DNA of 64,000 nucleotides from Clostridia bacterium (GTDB taxonomy: Bacteria; Bacillota; Clostridia; Christensenellales; UMGS416), in the NCBI GenBank assembly GCA_030637745.1, contig DAOWFX010000043.1, forward strand, positions 3,424 through 67,423. The letters run 5' to 3'. Shown here one piece after another: positions 28,094-39,329 of this stretch. Both the position numbers and the translations under genes were made by a program. The notes under the pieces were generated by a model. It saw only the letters and a program-made list of their open reading frames with translations, was not told the DNA's origin and did not search any database. Within the stretch, counting starts at the first letter, position 1. Every line of letters starts with the position of its first letter.

Positions 28094-29667
28094 TATGCAG
28101 TATCCCTCCTTGTAATCTTATGCACCATCTTCTTGATCATGCCTTTTTCATAGGAGTTCATTCCCATAAACCACATCAAAACAAAATAGATAATGGCATA
28201 CAGTAGACAACATAGAATTAGGTTCCACCAGCTATTTTGGACCATAAGATATCTTGCGATTAAGTATCCAAATCCTGATGAAATTATGATGGGACCCAAT
28301 AGTTTAAAGACACAATCTTTAAAGAATCTCTTTATCTTCAAACCAATGACCCTTGAATAGTAAATGTTGATAATAAAGCCATTTCCGATGGTGAGTGCTA
28401 TCGCTGTTGCAATGCTTGCACCGATGATGCCAAATTGCTTCACTAAGAATATGGTGAGACCGATGTTTAAAACTGCAATTATGAAGTATATCGTTGAACG
28501 AAATTTATGCTTGTTTTTAGCGACCAGTATAGATATTCCGGTATTCTGAATAAGAGGAAGAGTTAATGGTATCATAATTATTACACCAATATAATACATA
28601 TTAAGCAAGTTTGCAGTCATGTAAGCATCTCTGCCGCCGATCCAGTTTTGTAGTAAATTTTGCCCGAAGAGAATGTATCCAGACAATATTACACCTAAAA
28701 CTAGTAGTTGAATTCTACCTACTTTTATCATCAAATCAGTCAACTCGTCACCCGTTGCTTTGCCTACTACCATTTTTGTTATACGAGGTAGGAAGACTTC
28801 TGACAAAGAGGTTGAAAAACGCATAAAGATTATAACAAGGCGCATAACTAAACCAACAACATATGCAGCTGCAAATCCTATCATACCAGCTATAATCACT
28901 TGATCTACTTTCCAGAAAATTTGATCATATACCATAGTGAGAAAAATCGGCAAAGAAAAGATCATTAATTCTTTTACTAACTTCGAATCATAATGTTCTA
29001 AAGTTATTTTTTGTTTTTGTACAAGCAGGACATATAGCATATTAATAAGTAGCATACAAATGTTTAAGATGGTATCAATAATCGCTATAGTAATTACACC
29101 ATATTGCAGACTGATGAATATGAGAATAAAGATAAATCGTAATACAACTCTAAGAATATTGAGCATTCGGGGGATAGTGAACTTTTCATATCCGTTCATT
29201 ACAGCACCGAAGGAGCGTAATGGAAGCGATAATGCGATATTTGCAACCAATATTATAAGCATTGTTTTAGCTGTCTCAATATTTTCAGGAGTTATGTTTT
29301 GTGTTTCTTGGAGTTTTCCTTGAATTTGCGCAATTACAGATAAATTTGACCAAATGATATACCCAAAAATAAATACAATTATCGCAAGCACACTGTACAA
29401 TATTAGACTATGTGCAATTAAGTTTTGAATCTTGTCTTCTCTTTTTTCTGCCCTATATTTTGATATGTATCGTGTGATTGTGGAGTTTACACCAAAGTCC
29501 AACACCATCATATATCCTGCGATTGCACCAATGGTTTCGTAGATACCCATTTCTGATGAACCTAATCTTAGCAGGAATGGTGCTAGAATTAACCCTAAAG
29601 CATTTGCTACTAAAGTGAGCACATATGAAAGGCTTACACCCATTTTTAATTGACTCTTACTACTCAA
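28093..29667 (-). CDS. Wzx-like oligosaccharide flippase (MOP superfamily)
   Basis: 524 aa. About 14 TM helices. Typical polysaccharide-biosynthesis-protein composition. 4-nt overlap with the upstream GT gene. Confidence 0.75.
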   Translation of the reverse strand: MSSKSQLKMGVSLSYVLTLVANALGLILAPFLLRLGSSEMGIYETIGAIAGYMMVLDFGVNSTITRYISKYRAEKREDKIQNLIAHSLILYSVLAIIVFIFGYIIWSNLSVIAQIQGKLQETQNITPENIETAKTMLIILVANIALSLPLRSFGAVMNGYEKFTIPRMLNILRVVLRFIFILIFISLQYGVITIAIIDTILNICMLLINMLYVLLVQKQKITLEHYDSKLVKELMIFSLPIFLTMVYDQIFWKVDQVIIAGMIGFAAAYVVGLVMRLVIIFMRFSTSLSEVFLPRITKMVVGKATGDELTDLMIKVGRIQLLVLGVILSGYILFGQNLLQNWIGGRDAYMTANLLNMYYIGVIIMIPLTLPLIQNTGISILVAKNKHKFRSTIYFIIAVLNIGLTIFLVKQFGIIGASIATAIALTIGNGFIINIYYSRVIGLKIKRFFKDCVFKLLGPIIISSGFGYLIARYLMVQNSWWNLILCCLLYAIIYFVLMWFMGMNSYEKGMIKKMVHKITRRDTA

Positions 29668-30866
29668 TTATTCTCCTCGACGTCTTTGATTAATGATATA
29701 ATTTCTTGCTCCAAGGCGGATAGATCGTGATTTTCCTTGCACATTTTGTGTCCATTATCCGACAAGAGATAGTATAGTTGATTGTCATGCAACTTTTCTA
29801 TGCATGCAGCCAGCGCTTTAGCGTCACCCTGTTTGAAGGTGAGTACGTTAAAATAGTTTTTGGCAAATTCTTTGGTGTTTTCAAAGTCAGATATAACAGC
29901 AGGTCTTAAAGCAGCTCCTGCTTCATAGACAGGTCGTGCTTGATGCGGCTGTGTCGATGGAAAGATCACCACATTACATGCTGCATAAAAGGGTAACATA
30001 TCCTCTTGTGCTGGGAAAAACCGTACACGATCTTTAATGCCTTCAAGCAGGCGAAGGGTGTTTTTCTCGTAGTCAATACCGAATATTTTCTTGATAATCG
30101 TTCTAGTACTACTAACGTTTTTTTCATTTGGTATGTATTGTAGAAATATTAGATGATACTCATCATCAAGATGGTGCATCATTTCAAGCGCTGTATGGGA
30201 TCCTTTAACTTTCCACATGCCACCTGCAAAAAGGATATATTTCTTATCAAAATCAAGACCGAGAGCACACTTGGTGCTGGCATGGTCTTGGATGTCTTCA
30301 AACTTTGCGATATCTACTTTGTCGGTGATTACACATGAATTATCATGGGCGCCTGCAATGACCCTGTCATACTCGCTAAGGTATACGCTTTTTGTCATTT
30401 GGGAAAGCCAACCTTTGACCATCTTCGATCTCATGTCGCGACCATTTTTCGGAAAGGTTTCTCGATCAAAGCATATAGTCTTAATCGATGAATCGATACA
30501 ATCAACCATCCAGCTGATTGTCATACTATTTAGAATAACAATGTCTGGGCTTTCTTTATCAATAATATATTTAATTTCATCATGTGAATTTTTTATATAT
30601 TTCCATGCGCTTTGGTATCGTGGATCGAGTATATTGTAGAATTGTCCACTAAAGTGAGGATATACCCAACGTTTATTAAATATTCCTTCTGTTGATATTT
30701 CTAGTTTTTCTATCTCACCAACCATATGTTGCGGCTCATTTGGGCAAATGACCTTTATCGTATATCCTGTACTTTTTAGTGTTTTCAATATGTGCAACAT
30801 AGAAACACCACCGCCGCCAATTGCGCCGGAGTGGTGAAAGACTAAGATTTTTTTATTACTTTTCAT
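29664..30866 (-). CDS. glycosyltransferase (GT-B, family 4-like)
   Basis: 400 aa. N-terminal ILVFHHSGAIGGGGVSMLHILKTL and C-terminal FPSTQPHQARPVYEAGAALRPAVISD (GT1/GT4-like). Confidence 0.7.
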   Translation of the reverse strand: MKSNKKILVFHHSGAIGGGGVSMLHILKTLKSTGYTIKVICPNEPQHMVGEIEKLEISTEGIFNKRWVYPHFSGQFYNILDPRYQSAWKYIKNSHDEIKYIIDKESPDIVILNSMTISWMVDCIDSSIKTICFDRETFPKNGRDMRSKMVKGWLSQMTKSVYLSEYDRVIAGAHDNSCVITDKVDIAKFEDIQDHASTKCALGLDFDKKYILFAGGMWKVKGSHTALEMMHHLDDEYHLIFLQYIPNEKNVSSTRTIIKKIFGIDYEKNTLRLLEGIKDRVRFFPAQEDMLPFYAACNVVIFPSTQPHQARPVYEAGAALRPAVISDFENTKEFAKNYFNVLTFKQGDAKALAACIEKLHDNQLYYLLSDNGHKMCKENHDLSALEQEIISLIKDVEENN

Positions 30867-30872
30867 GAATGA

Positions 30873-32009
30873 TTAATATTTTAGCATATTAATTGCAAAC
30901 TGAACAATCCGAGATCGTTCGCTCATATATTTTTTTGTAAGTTGCTTAAAATCTTTGTTTTTATAATCTCTAAAGAAAGCCTTTCGCTTTTTGTTGGCAG
31001 TTGCAGGACGAACAAGAGACTGTTGCAGTGTATCTTCCAATGCACAAGCTTGCTTTTGGATACGTTTACAAGCATCCAGTGTTTCCTGACCTTTTGCTGT
31101 GTTGGCATACACAAGTGAGACGCCTCGTACATCGTCTAACTCAGGCAATACTTTTTCAATGCCCCAAAAGTCGCCGATTGTGATGTCGCCTACTCTTTTT
31201 GAATCACAAAAAGGACATTTATGACAACTGGGCCGCATATAGAGTTTATCTAAAAAGCCTCTCATGTAAGGACTCTTATCGCTGGTGACACTTTGGGTCG
31301 TATCATCATCAAAAGTGATGGTCTGACTGTATGTTTTCCATCCCGTGGATTTATCGCGGAAATTAATATTTTTTATACGCTTATTGCTTTTTTCTTCAAC
31401 ACTTTGAACAAACTTTTCAAAGACTCCAGGAGAAGGTACACCCAGGCAAGTAATATCCACCAAAGTAAGCTGGTCGCACTTGAGTGCTGCGCGAATCCCT
31501 GCAATCTGGCACCCAGTGCCGGAGATCATGATTTCAAGTCCTGCGTTGATGTCTTTTGTAACCTGTTTGTAGATTTTAGAAAAATCACTTTGCAAGTATT
31601 TTGAGCTTTGAATTTTGACAAGATCTTCTAATTGGTCGATTCGGATATGTGACAGATGCATCTGCTTATCATATGCTGCGCCATAGACCACACCACCGCT
31701 TTCTATGAAGTCTTGTGCAAGGGTTGTAAATACACCTGCTGTTGCGCTTTTTATCCGTGTGCTATCATCAACACTCCACGCTGCATAGCATGTGAGTGGT
31801 GTTATTTTATGTTCATCAGGATGTGTAAATGGGCATATCTTAACACAATGGTCGCAGTCGATACACATGCTTAAGTCCACTTTTGGATACATAAATCCTT
31901 CATCGTCGATGATATGATCGATACAGCTAGTTGGGCATTCCTGTGCACAAGCCATGCATCCGGAGCACGTTTCTTTTTGTTTATATGAATGATGTTGTAT
32001 CATGTGCAC
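30873..32009 (-). CDS. FrhB/FdhB-like (coenzyme F420 hydrogenase beta-subunit family) protein with an N-terminal 2x[4Fe-4S] domain
   Basis: 378 aa. CSGCMACAQECP and CIDCDHCVKICP clusters, followed by an FrhB_FdhB-like body. This family commonly rides in polysaccharide clusters. Confidence 0.75.
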   Translation of the reverse strand: MHMIQHHSYKQKETCSGCMACAQECPTSCIDHIIDDEGFMYPKVDLSMCIDCDHCVKICPFTHPDEHKITPLTCYAAWSVDDSTRIKSATAGVFTTLAQDFIESGGVVYGAAYDKQMHLSHIRIDQLEDLVKIQSSKYLQSDFSKIYKQVTKDINAGLEIMISGTGCQIAGIRAALKCDQLTLVDITCLGVPSPGVFEKFVQSVEEKSNKRIKNINFRDKSTGWKTYSQTITFDDDTTQSVTSDKSPYMRGFLDKLYMRPSCHKCPFCDSKRVGDITIGDFWGIEKVLPELDDVRGVSLVYANTAKGQETLDACKRIQKQACALEDTLQQSLVRPATANKKRKAFFRDYKNKDFKQLTKKYMSERSRIVQFAINMLKY

Positions 32010-32073
32010 CTTCCTTTAAGAAACTATTATACACGCAAAACACAAAAAACAGATGTTATTCTACTTAATTGAT

Positions 32074-32547
32074 TTATTTCTCATTGCCAATATATTTAAT
32101 CATAAGTAAAAATGGATTGTTCTTATCCCATATTCCTGAATTCTCATATACTTCAGAAAAACCAAGTTTAAAATAGAAGCTTCTTGTTTTTGCGTAATTT
32201 GTATCCGCGCTTTTAGAACTTACTGTATAGACAGTAACATATTTAAAATGATGGTCTTTCAGATGTTTTTCTACTTCTGCATAAATTTTTGTACCCATAC
32301 CTTGATGAAGAAACTCTTTTTTAAGACCCAAAACATATAAGTTAGCCACATCTGTATTAATTTCATCAATTGCAAAAAAACCTAAGTATTCATCTTTCTT
32401 TTTTGCTGCAAAAAAAGTCTTGTTGTTTAGTCCATTAACATATTCTTTAGTAGACGATTCTACACCAAACCATTCTGGAAGACTTCGGAGTATATTGTCT
32501 GCAATTTTCTTTTTCAATTCATTTTGTGTGATTATGAGTATTTTCAT
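32074..32547 (-). CDS. GNAT-family N-acetyltransferase
   Basis: 157 aa. Acetyl-CoA motif LHQGMGTKIYAEVEKHL. AAGGAA SD. Confidence 0.8.
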   Translation of the reverse strand: MKILIITQNELKKKIADNILRSLPEWFGVESSTKEYVNGLNNKTFFAAKKKDEYLGFFAIDEINTDVANLYVLGLKKEFLHQGMGTKIYAEVEKHLKDHHFKYVTVYTVSSKSADTNYAKTRSFYFKLGFSEVYENSGIWDKNNPFLLMIKYIGNEK

Positions 32548-32612
32548 GCTAATTCCTTGTATAAAAAAGAGTCAACAATTTTTGTCAACTCTCTTATTTT
32601 TAATCTATATTC

Positions 32613-33131
32613 CTATTGCTCTTTGCCCATCTTCATTCTCACACCAAAGATGATGACTACAATTCCGAGTACAGCAGCCACTACACCGAGGATAATTGTG
32701 ATTGATGTAATAATAACTTCTGAGATAATAAAGAACAATATTCCTGCTGCGATGGCGCCAAGACCAAATAATGCATTATTAATCCACATATCGCGCCTTG
32801 CCAAGATTCTAAGGAATCGAAATACACCTGTAATGATGGCGAATGTTCCTGTGATTTGAACCAACAGTGCAGTTTTGTCGGGGTTAAATAATAATATTGC
32901 AGCAAGTACGACATCAACAACAAACTCAATAACAAATATCCACCATAGATTATAAGAGTTTTTGAGCATAAAAGAATCGGTTAGTGCAATAATCCCGAAG
33001 ACCAATATCATTAATACGAAAATCCAAGTTAAAGTTATAGAAGCCGATACGGGGTTAACCAAGCAGAAAAGACCAAATATTAATATCAGCAAACCTTTTG
33101 CAATTTCTAGTATCCAATTAAACTTTTTCAT
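32613..33131 (-). CDS. HdeD/DUF308-family membrane protein
   Basis: Start moved to MKKFNWILEIAKGLLILIFGLFCLVNP (AAAGGAAAA SD). Repeated TM-pair architecture typical of DUF308. Confidence 0.7.
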   Translation of the reverse strand: MKKFNWILEIAKGLLILIFGLFCLVNPVSASITLTWIFVLMILVFGIIALTDSFMLKNSYNLWWIFVIEFVVDVVLAAILLFNPDKTALLVQITGTFAIITGVFRFLRILARRDMWINNALFGLGAIAAGILFFIISEVIITSITIILGVVAAVLGIVVIIFGVRMKMGKEQ

Positions 33132-33327
33132 GTTTTTTCCTTTCAAATATGTTCTCATTTGTTATAATGTATTATATCATAAAAATTGGATAGTATTTAA
33201 TATTTATTCATATTTTTATCTAATCTTAATAAAACAGAGATTCGCAAGTAATTATAGTGAATCATAAGCGTAAAAAAGATTACCAGTAGGTGAGTATCTA
33301 CAAATCACTTTTCATGAGAGGTGTAGT

Positions 33328-34191
33328 ATGGAGAAGACTTTTTTTGTTGATATAGAAAATCTTAGTCCCACCCAATTTTTTATGAGCAAAGAAAAACTCG
33401 AAGAAGCCCATGTTTTTTTTGAAAATCATACTTTGGAAGACTATCCACCGCTTCCAGTTGTGAAGTTTGGATTAAAAACACTACTGACTGGCAGTCATCA
33501 TTATGCATACTACCTTGTACAAAAAGGAAAGCATATTGCAGAAGTATATGATGCTATAGACGAATGTGATTTTCTGTTGAATATAAAAAACTATAGTGAA
33601 TGCCAAAAAAGAAATATCAAAAACATCATTGATCTAGAAAGCAGGATTCTGGACCATGATGCGTATCAGGTTAAGTGGGTAGAGTATCTACAAGAGAATC
33701 GCGAAAAAGTGATAGCGAATACACTAAAAAGCTTGAAGAAGCAACAAATTACAGACAATTATCAAAAAATAGCAATTATAAAGGATATTCTAAATCCCAT
33801 GCCATCGTATTTTATCAATGAATCGATATTTGATGAGCACATTCAACAAACTGCAGATCAATATTTTCTAAGCTTTAAACTATTTAATCAATATGTTGCT
33901 TTTGTTTCGTGTAAGATGAGATACGATGATACAGTTGAAGTACATCTTTCGGGTATATATAAACCCTTGTATAATACTGATATATTCAAGAAGATATTGA
34001 ATGTTGTGAAAAGGTATGCAAAAAGCCTTGGAAGGCAGTATATTGTTGTGAGACTTCCTGCTGTAACCACAGCCAATAGTGACGCATCTTGTCTTCATAC
34101 ACTATATAAAACACATGGGTTTGCTCATATTGCAAACTTGCAATCTTCTTGGGATGAAAGAAGAATGTGCATGCTGCTAATTGCACATTAA
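33328..34191 (+). CDS. hypothetical protein (possible ParB/Srx-like N-terminal domain, possible GNAT-like C-terminal domain)
   Basis: 287 aa. GAGAGGTG SD. N-terminal IENLSPTQFFMSKEKL...PPLPVVKFG...TGSHHYAYYLVQKG resembles ParB-like 'L.PTQ ... DGHHR' modules. The C-terminal 90 aa have a GNAT-like beta/alpha rhythm. Both calls are tentative. Confidence 0.45.
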   Translation: MEKTFFVDIENLSPTQFFMSKEKLEEAHVFFENHTLEDYPPLPVVKFGLKTLLTGSHHYAYYLVQKGKHIAEVYDAIDECDFLLNIKNYSECQKRNIKNIIDLESRILDHDAYQVKWVEYLQENREKVIANTLKSLKKQQITDNYQKIAIIKDILNPMPSYFINESIFDEHIQQTADQYFLSFKLFNQYVAFVSCKMRYDDTVEVHLSGIYKPLYNTDIFKKILNVVKRYAKSLGRQYIVVRLPAVTTANSDASCLHTLYKTHGFAHIANLQSSWDERRMCMLLIAH

Positions 34192-34241
34192 TATGTTCAA
34201 TTGAGCATATTAATCACAACTTTTAGCGGGACTTGTTTCAC

Positions 34242-34270
34242 TTGAAAAAAGTGCTGTTTTAGTGTATAAT
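34242..34270 (+). promoter_or_regulatory. candidate sigma-A promoter of gyrBA
   Basis: TTGAAA (34242-34247), 17 nt, TATAAT (34265-34270). Implies a leader of about 180 nt that contains the hairpin at 34366-34390. Confidence 0.5.
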
Positions 34271-34459
34271 TATCACAGAAATAGTATTGATAAAACAGAC
34301 TACAAATACATTCGAAATTATGCACAATTTTAGTTAGTTAGAAAAGAAAAAACATCTGATATGATCGCCGTAGTTGACTTATCTACGGCGTTAAGTATGC
34401 GATGGACAGTATAGGTTTAAAAGCAAATAGTAGATTCATCCTTGAAAGGAATGGTATAA

Positions 34460-36370
<1,911 letters not shown>

Positions 36371-36382
36371 GAGAATTAATAT

Positions 36383-38863
36383 ATGGAATTCAATTTTGAC
36401 AATCAAACAATAAAGCCCATCAGCATCGAAGATGAAATGAAGAAATCGTTCATCTCCTATGCAATGGCAACCATTGTATCTAGAGCATTACCTGATGTTC
36501 GCGATGGATTAAAGCCTGTTCATAGAAGAATACTCTATTCAATGCATGAACTGGGTATTACACCTGACAAACCACACAAGAAGTCTGTTCGTATCGTTGG
36601 TGATGTATTGGGTAAATTCCACCCACACGGTGATACTGCAGTGTATGATGCTATGGTACGTATGGCACAAGACTTTTCAACACGCGCATTATTAGTCGAT
36701 GGACACGGTAACTTTGGGTCTGTTGATGGCGATGGTGCAGCTGCTATGAGATATACAGAAGCAAGGATGTCAAAGATTGCACTTGAAATGCTAAGGGATA
36801 TTGACAAAGATACTGTAAACTTTGTACCCAACTTCGATGAAAGCCAGATGCAACCTTCTGTACTTCCTGCACGATACCCAAACTTACTGGTCAATGGATC
36901 AAGTGGTATTGCAGTAGGTATGGCAACTAATATTCCTCCGCACAACTTAGGTGAAGTCGTGAATGCAACGATTGCCATGATTGATGATCCTGATATTTCT
37001 GTGATTGACTTGATGCAGCACATCAAAGGCCCAGACTTTCCAACTGGTGCTCTTATTATGGGCTCAGGAGGTATCATAGAAGCCTATGAAACAGGCAGAG
37101 GCAAAGTCATTATGCGTGGAGAATCCGAAATTGAGGAAATGGCAAATGGCAAATCGCGAATTATCATTACATCTCTTCCATACCAAGTCAATAAATCACG
37201 CTTGATTGAAAAGATGGCAGACCTTGTCAATCAGCGTCGCATCGAAGGAATTACAGACCTTCGCGATGAATCCGATAGAACAGGTATGCGCATTGTGGTT
37301 GAATTAAAACGAGATGCAAATTCTAATATCATACTCAATCAACTATATAAGCATACACAACTTCAAGACACATTTGGAATCAATATGCTTGCTTTAGTTG
37401 ATGATGAACCCAAGGTGCTTGGTTTAAAACAAGTATTGGGATACTATATCACACATCAACGTGAAGTCGTCACAAGACGCACAAAGTTTGAATTTGACAG
37501 AGCTCAAAAACGTGCACATATCGTAGAAGGTTTATTGAAGGCGTTGGATTATATCGACGAAGTCATCAAACTGATTCGTGCAAGTAAAAATGATGCTGAA
37601 GCAAAATCAGGCTTGATGGAAAAGTTTGAACTTTCTGAAGTACAAGCACAAGCCATCTTAGATATGCGATTAAGAAGACTTACAGGACTTGAAAAAACGC
37701 GTCTGTTAGATGAATATACAAAGCTCAAAGAGACCATGGCATATCTCAGTTCAATCCTTGAAGATGATGAGAAATTAATGCAGGTAATCAAAGATGAACT
37801 TACCGGTGTATCAGAAAAATATGCCGATGATCGCAGAACAGAAATGAGGGTGGACTACAGCGATATAGATATGGAGGATTTGATTCAAGAAGAAGAAATG
37901 GTTGTCACCATTACACACTTTGGTTATATCAAACGCTTAACATCTGCAACATATCGCCAACAGAACAGAGGTGGAGTAGGCATCAAGGGCTTATCTGCAA
38001 GAGATGAAGACTTTGTAGAGAAAATCTTGGTCACATCGACACATGATTGGTTGTATTTCTTTACAGATATGGGACGTGTGCATCGATTAAAGTGTTGGCA
38101 AATACCAGAAGCCAGCAGAACAGCACGTGGAACTGCGATAGTAAACTTATTGCAACTAGATGGTGGAGAGAAGATCACAACAGTCATTCCCTTTGAAAAA
38201 GACGTGGACATTGAGGGCAAGTTCCTCGTCCTTGCAACTCGAAAAGGCGTGATTAAGAAAACTCCATTGGAAGAATACCAAAACTTACGCAATGTTGGTC
38301 TTCGTGCTATTAACCTAGTAGATGATGATAAACTGATTTCTGCTGTGCTTACTGATGGTTCGTATGATATTTATATGGGAACACGAAACGGTATGGCGAT
38401 TCGTTTCAGCGAAAATGACGTACGTCCAATGCACAGAGTAGTAACAGGTGTTCGTGGTATCAAACTCCGTGAAGGAGATGTCGCTGTAGATATGGGACTG
38501 GTAGATGAACGCATTAAACTATTGGCAATATCAGAACAAGGCTATGGTAAACGAACGGATTTTGTAGAGTATCGCCAACAAAACAGAGGTGGCTTTGGTG
38601 TCATTACTATGAATATCAACCAAAAAACCGGGAAATTGGTAGACCTCAAGCCTTGTACAGACGAAGAAGATGTAATGCTAATATCATCTGATGGTACCAT
38701 CATCCGAATGAGCATTGATTCGATTTCTAAGATGGGAAGATCCACACAGGGAGTCAAGGTTATGAAGCTCCGTGAGAATGATACAGTTGTAGCTGCAGAA
38801 GTGGTTAGTCCAGATGATGTAGAGGCAATTGAAACAGATGAAATAATAACAGAAACAGAATAA
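36383..38863 (+). CDS. gyrA: DNA gyrase subunit A
   Basis: 826 aa. Active-site [10 protein letters not shown]. The GyrA-box-like [11 protein letters not shown] at the start of the C-terminal beta-pinwheel argues for gyrase rather than topoisomerase IV. Confidence 0.95.
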   Translation: MEFNFDNQTIKPISIEDEMKKSFISYAMATIVSRALPDVRDGLKPVHRRILYSMHELGITPDKPHKKSVRIVGDVLGKFHPHGDTAVYDAMVRMAQDFSTRALLVDGHGNFGSVDGDGAAAMRYTEARMSKIALEMLRDIDKDTVNFVPNFDESQMQPSVLPARYPNLLVNGSSGIAVGMATNIPPHNLGEVVNATIAMIDDPDISVIDLMQHIKGPDFPTGALIMGSGGIIEAYETGRGKVIMRGESEIEEMANGKSRIIITSLPYQVNKSRLIEKMADLVNQRRIEGITDLRDESDRTGMRIVVELKRDANSNIILNQLYKHTQLQDTFGINMLALVDDEPKVLGLKQVLGYYITHQREVVTRRTKFEFDRAQKRAHIVEGLLKALDYIDEVIKLIRASKNDAEAKSGLMEKFELSEVQAQAILDMRLRRLTGLEKTRLLDEYTKLKETMAYLSSILEDDEKLMQVIKDELTGVSEKYADDRRTEMRVDYSDIDMEDLIQEEEMVVTITHFGYIKRLTSATYRQQNRGGVGIKGLSARDEDFVEKILVTSTHDWLYFFTDMGRVHRLKCWQIPEASRTARGTAIVNLLQLDGGEKITTVIPFEKDVDIEGKFLVLATRKGVIKKTPLEEYQNLRNVGLRAINLVDDDKLISAVLTDGSYDIYMGTRNGMAIRFSENDVRPMHRVVTGVRGIKLREGDVAVDMGLVDERIKLLAISEQGYGKRTDFVEYRQQNRGGFGVITMNINQKTGKLVDLKPCTDEEDVMLISSDGTIIRMSIDSISKMGRSTQGVKVMKLRENDTVVAAEVVSPDDVEAIETDEIITETE

Positions 38864-38873
38864 ATAAACATGA

Positions 38874-38903
38874 AAGCTACCTGAAATATAGGTAGTTTTT
38901 TTG
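38874..38903 (+). terminator. intrinsic terminator of gyrA
   Basis: GCTACC-tgaaatata-GGTAG followed by TTTTTTT. Confidence 0.75.
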
Positions 38904-39329
38904 ATGCTACAATATGAATAATACTACTATTTTAATAAGGATGTTTTTATATGATAGCTTATTAATTTGTGAGAACCGACAGATTAAATTGAATCAATAT
39001 GTCAAGAATAAAGATTTTTTGTAGATTAAACGATATAAATAATGGGTATTGTTATAAATATATGATAGGTGGAATTTGTGCTAGATTAAAAAATATGCAA
39101 ATCTATTTTGACGATATCAGCGGTTAATTCATGCTATTACATTTGATATCTAACAAATAATAGAATAAATTTAATGTTATTCTAAAGAAACAGATAATGT
39201 ACAAGAAATATTCAAATGACTTAATTGATTACAAGTTTGGACATATTCTTGATGTTTTGCGAATTACCAAACTATCAAACAATAGAGTTTAAAGTGATTC
39301 TATGTAAAAAATAAAGTGGAAGTGAAAGA

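Noticed and set aside
36535-37077. Long antisense ORFs inside gyrA, gyrB, mfd, the GGDEF/HD-GYP gene and rmuC (for example 36535..37077, 51386..51856, 39449..39997, 48120..48599)
   Set aside because: All lie opposite strongly supported conserved genes. They have Ser/Ile/Leu-rich shadow-frame composition, no SDs and no recognisable motifs.
38566-38604. Second 'GyrA box' ([11 protein letters not shown]) near the GyrA C-terminus, duplicating [11 protein letters not shown] at about 37950-37990
   Set aside because: As I recall, the last blade of the GyrA beta-pinwheel in other Firmicutes (for example B. subtilis) carries a similar YR.Q.RGG.G segment. This looks like normal blade-to-blade similarity, not a recent duplication.
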